From Mobula hypostoma (lineage: Eukaryota), in the NCBI RefSeq assembly GCF_963921235.1, contig NC_086097.1, positions 160,334,001-160,398,000 on the forward strand: a stretch of DNA of 64,000 nt, read 5' to 3'. The translations under genes and the position numbers were made by a program. Shown one piece after another: positions 62,167 to 64,000 of this stretch. Positions within the stretch are counted from its first letter, which is position 1, and every line of letters starts with the position of its first letter. The notes under the pieces were generated by a model that saw only the letters and a list, made by a program, of their open reading frames with translations, ran no database searches and was not told the origin of the DNA.

Positions 62167-64000
62167 AATCCTCCACTGCTGCAATTGAGTTCACTGAAAG
62201 CGAACTAAGAAAGATACTGAATGATGCCACAGCAATATTCAAGGAGATGGCATTGGAAAACTCAAAAATATTGTGAGTAAAATAAAGTCAAACAAAAATG
62301 CCACATCCAAGTTATATGCAATTCATCCAGTTCCTTATACCATCTGTGACAAGGTAGCAAGTGAAATAGATAGCATGGAGCTGGAGGAATTTTTCCCATG
62401 GTTGAGTGGACCCCATGGGCAATTGCAGTGGTCCCAGTAGACAAGAAGCATGTGTCTGTCAGGATCTGCGTTGATTTTAAGGTCACCATCAACCCAGTAC
62501 TGAAAGTAGATCAATACCCCCTGCCCAGGATATAGTATTTCTTTGAAAACCTTTCTGGAAGGAAAGTGGACTTAGCTGAAGCCCTACCTACAAATGGAGA
62601 AGCTTAGTACAAACTTTCACAAAGGGTTTATCACCCCAGTAGGGGTAGCATCTGCACCTGTAATCTGGCAAAAAGCTACAGTCTAGCTGCTGCAAGGATG
62701 CCCAGGCACTCAATGTTTCCAAAACAACATCACCATTACTGGTAAGGATGACAAAGAAAATATCCAAAATCTCAAGATGGTGTTAAAAAGATTAGAAAAT
62801 TATGTGCTCTGAGCACAAAGCAACAAGCGTGAATTCTCTAAACCAAGCATCACTTACTGCGGTCTCACCATCAATGCACAAGGATTACACAAGTGTGCTG
62901 ATCAAATTTAAGCAGTAGTGGATGTCCCAAGGCCAATGGATGTGTCATAGTTGTGTTCGATTTCAGAATTTGTCGATTACTATAACAGGTTCCTGCCAAA
63001 CCTAGTTACTATGCTTCAACCCCTTGAAGTAATTACCACAGCTTGAATGGAAATAGCAATGGACAAAACATTGTGAGGTGGCTTTCCAAACGGCAAAGGA
63101 AGTGGTGACGTCGGACACTGTACTCACACATTATAATCCATATCATACAGTGAAGCTCGCCTGTGATGCCTCGCCTTGTGGTTCAGCAGTAAGTGATGGA
63201 AGTGAACATCCATAGACTTTGCATCATGTTCCCTTATCACTGCAGAGGAAATTTACACACAGATTAACAGAGAGGCTTTGAGTCTAACTTGGGGTGTAAA
63301 ACGTTTCAACCAGTACTTGTATGGGAGAGAGTGTACCCTCATTACTGATCATCAATCACAGTGTCCATTTTCAATCCACAGAAGGGTGTACTACTAACAA
63401 CAGCAGTACAAATGCAGAGATGTGCTCTGTTCTTGGAGGACACAATTACAAGATCGAATTCCAGAGAATGACTAATCATGGAAATGTTGATGGATTGTCC
63501 CATTCAATCTTGAAAAACAAAAATTAACAAAACACCTCTTGATGTATTCTCCCCAATGCAAATCGAAAGTCTCGCTATTACAGCAGAAATGATCCAAAGG
63601 GAAACGAGAAAAAATAAAACCACACTCTCAGGACTATGTGGCGATCCAGACAGGCTGGAACATGCAGCAGAAATCCCAGTTCCTCCAGTTTTACCAATGC
63701 CAGGATGAATTTGCCCTTGATGGGGAGTTGCCTTATGTGGGGATTGAGAGTTGTTGTACTGTCCAGGCTGAGAGCTAAAGTGTTGATGGAGCTTCATGCC
63801 AGTCATCTAGGCACGGTCAAAATGAAAGTGTTTGTCCGGTGGCCTGGGATAGATCAGCAGATCCAGCAGCTTGCCATGCACTGTTCAGGATGCCATCACA
63901 TCCAGAGGATGCCAAAAGCAGCACATTCCACCACCAACAATTCACCAGCTATGCTGTTCTTGGGTTGTCCCTCGTGCTTAAGCTTGAATCGCAAATGAAA

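Larger units (their letters stand above)
50630..64000 (+). mobile_element. Degenerate Gypsy (Mag/K02A2.6-like) element hosting three nested insertions; continues past the window
   Basis: Split 5' LTR at 50630-50724 and 55634-55786. Decayed tRNA-Ser-like PBS at ~55788-55800. gag 55858-56409 (CRRCNKVGH), protease ELDTG ~57940, RT/RNase H/IN remnants 62170-64000. Confidence 0.9.

Overview
Eukaryotic, repeat-dominated DNA. The element families present (CR1 with esterase ORF1, V/HE1-type SINEs, Penelope, Rex1, Gmr1 Gypsy) point to a cartilaginous fish, probably a ray; this is inference. I recognise no host gene with confidence, only a weak pair of candidate exons at ~37.4-37.7 kb. Most of the window is nested transposon debris: many CR1 LINEs, Penelope-like elements with hammerhead-ribozyme pseudo-LTRs, Rex1, RTE-X and L1 fragments, SINEs, non-coding retroposons, hAT relics and three Gypsy families. 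The standout is a very young 4.9-kb Gmr1-like LTR element (50725-55633, minus strand, 861-bp LTRs differing at two positions I could find, TATG target duplication). It has one open 972-aa ORF with intact Gag/SCAN/zinc knuckle/protease followed by a catalytically dead, multiply deleted but in-frame IN-RT-RNase H remnant. It also shows apparently bipartite complementarity to tRNA-Pro, and a solo LTR of the same family lies 40 kb away. Second is a set of short fold-back Penelope pLTR insertions carrying hammerhead motifs on both strands.
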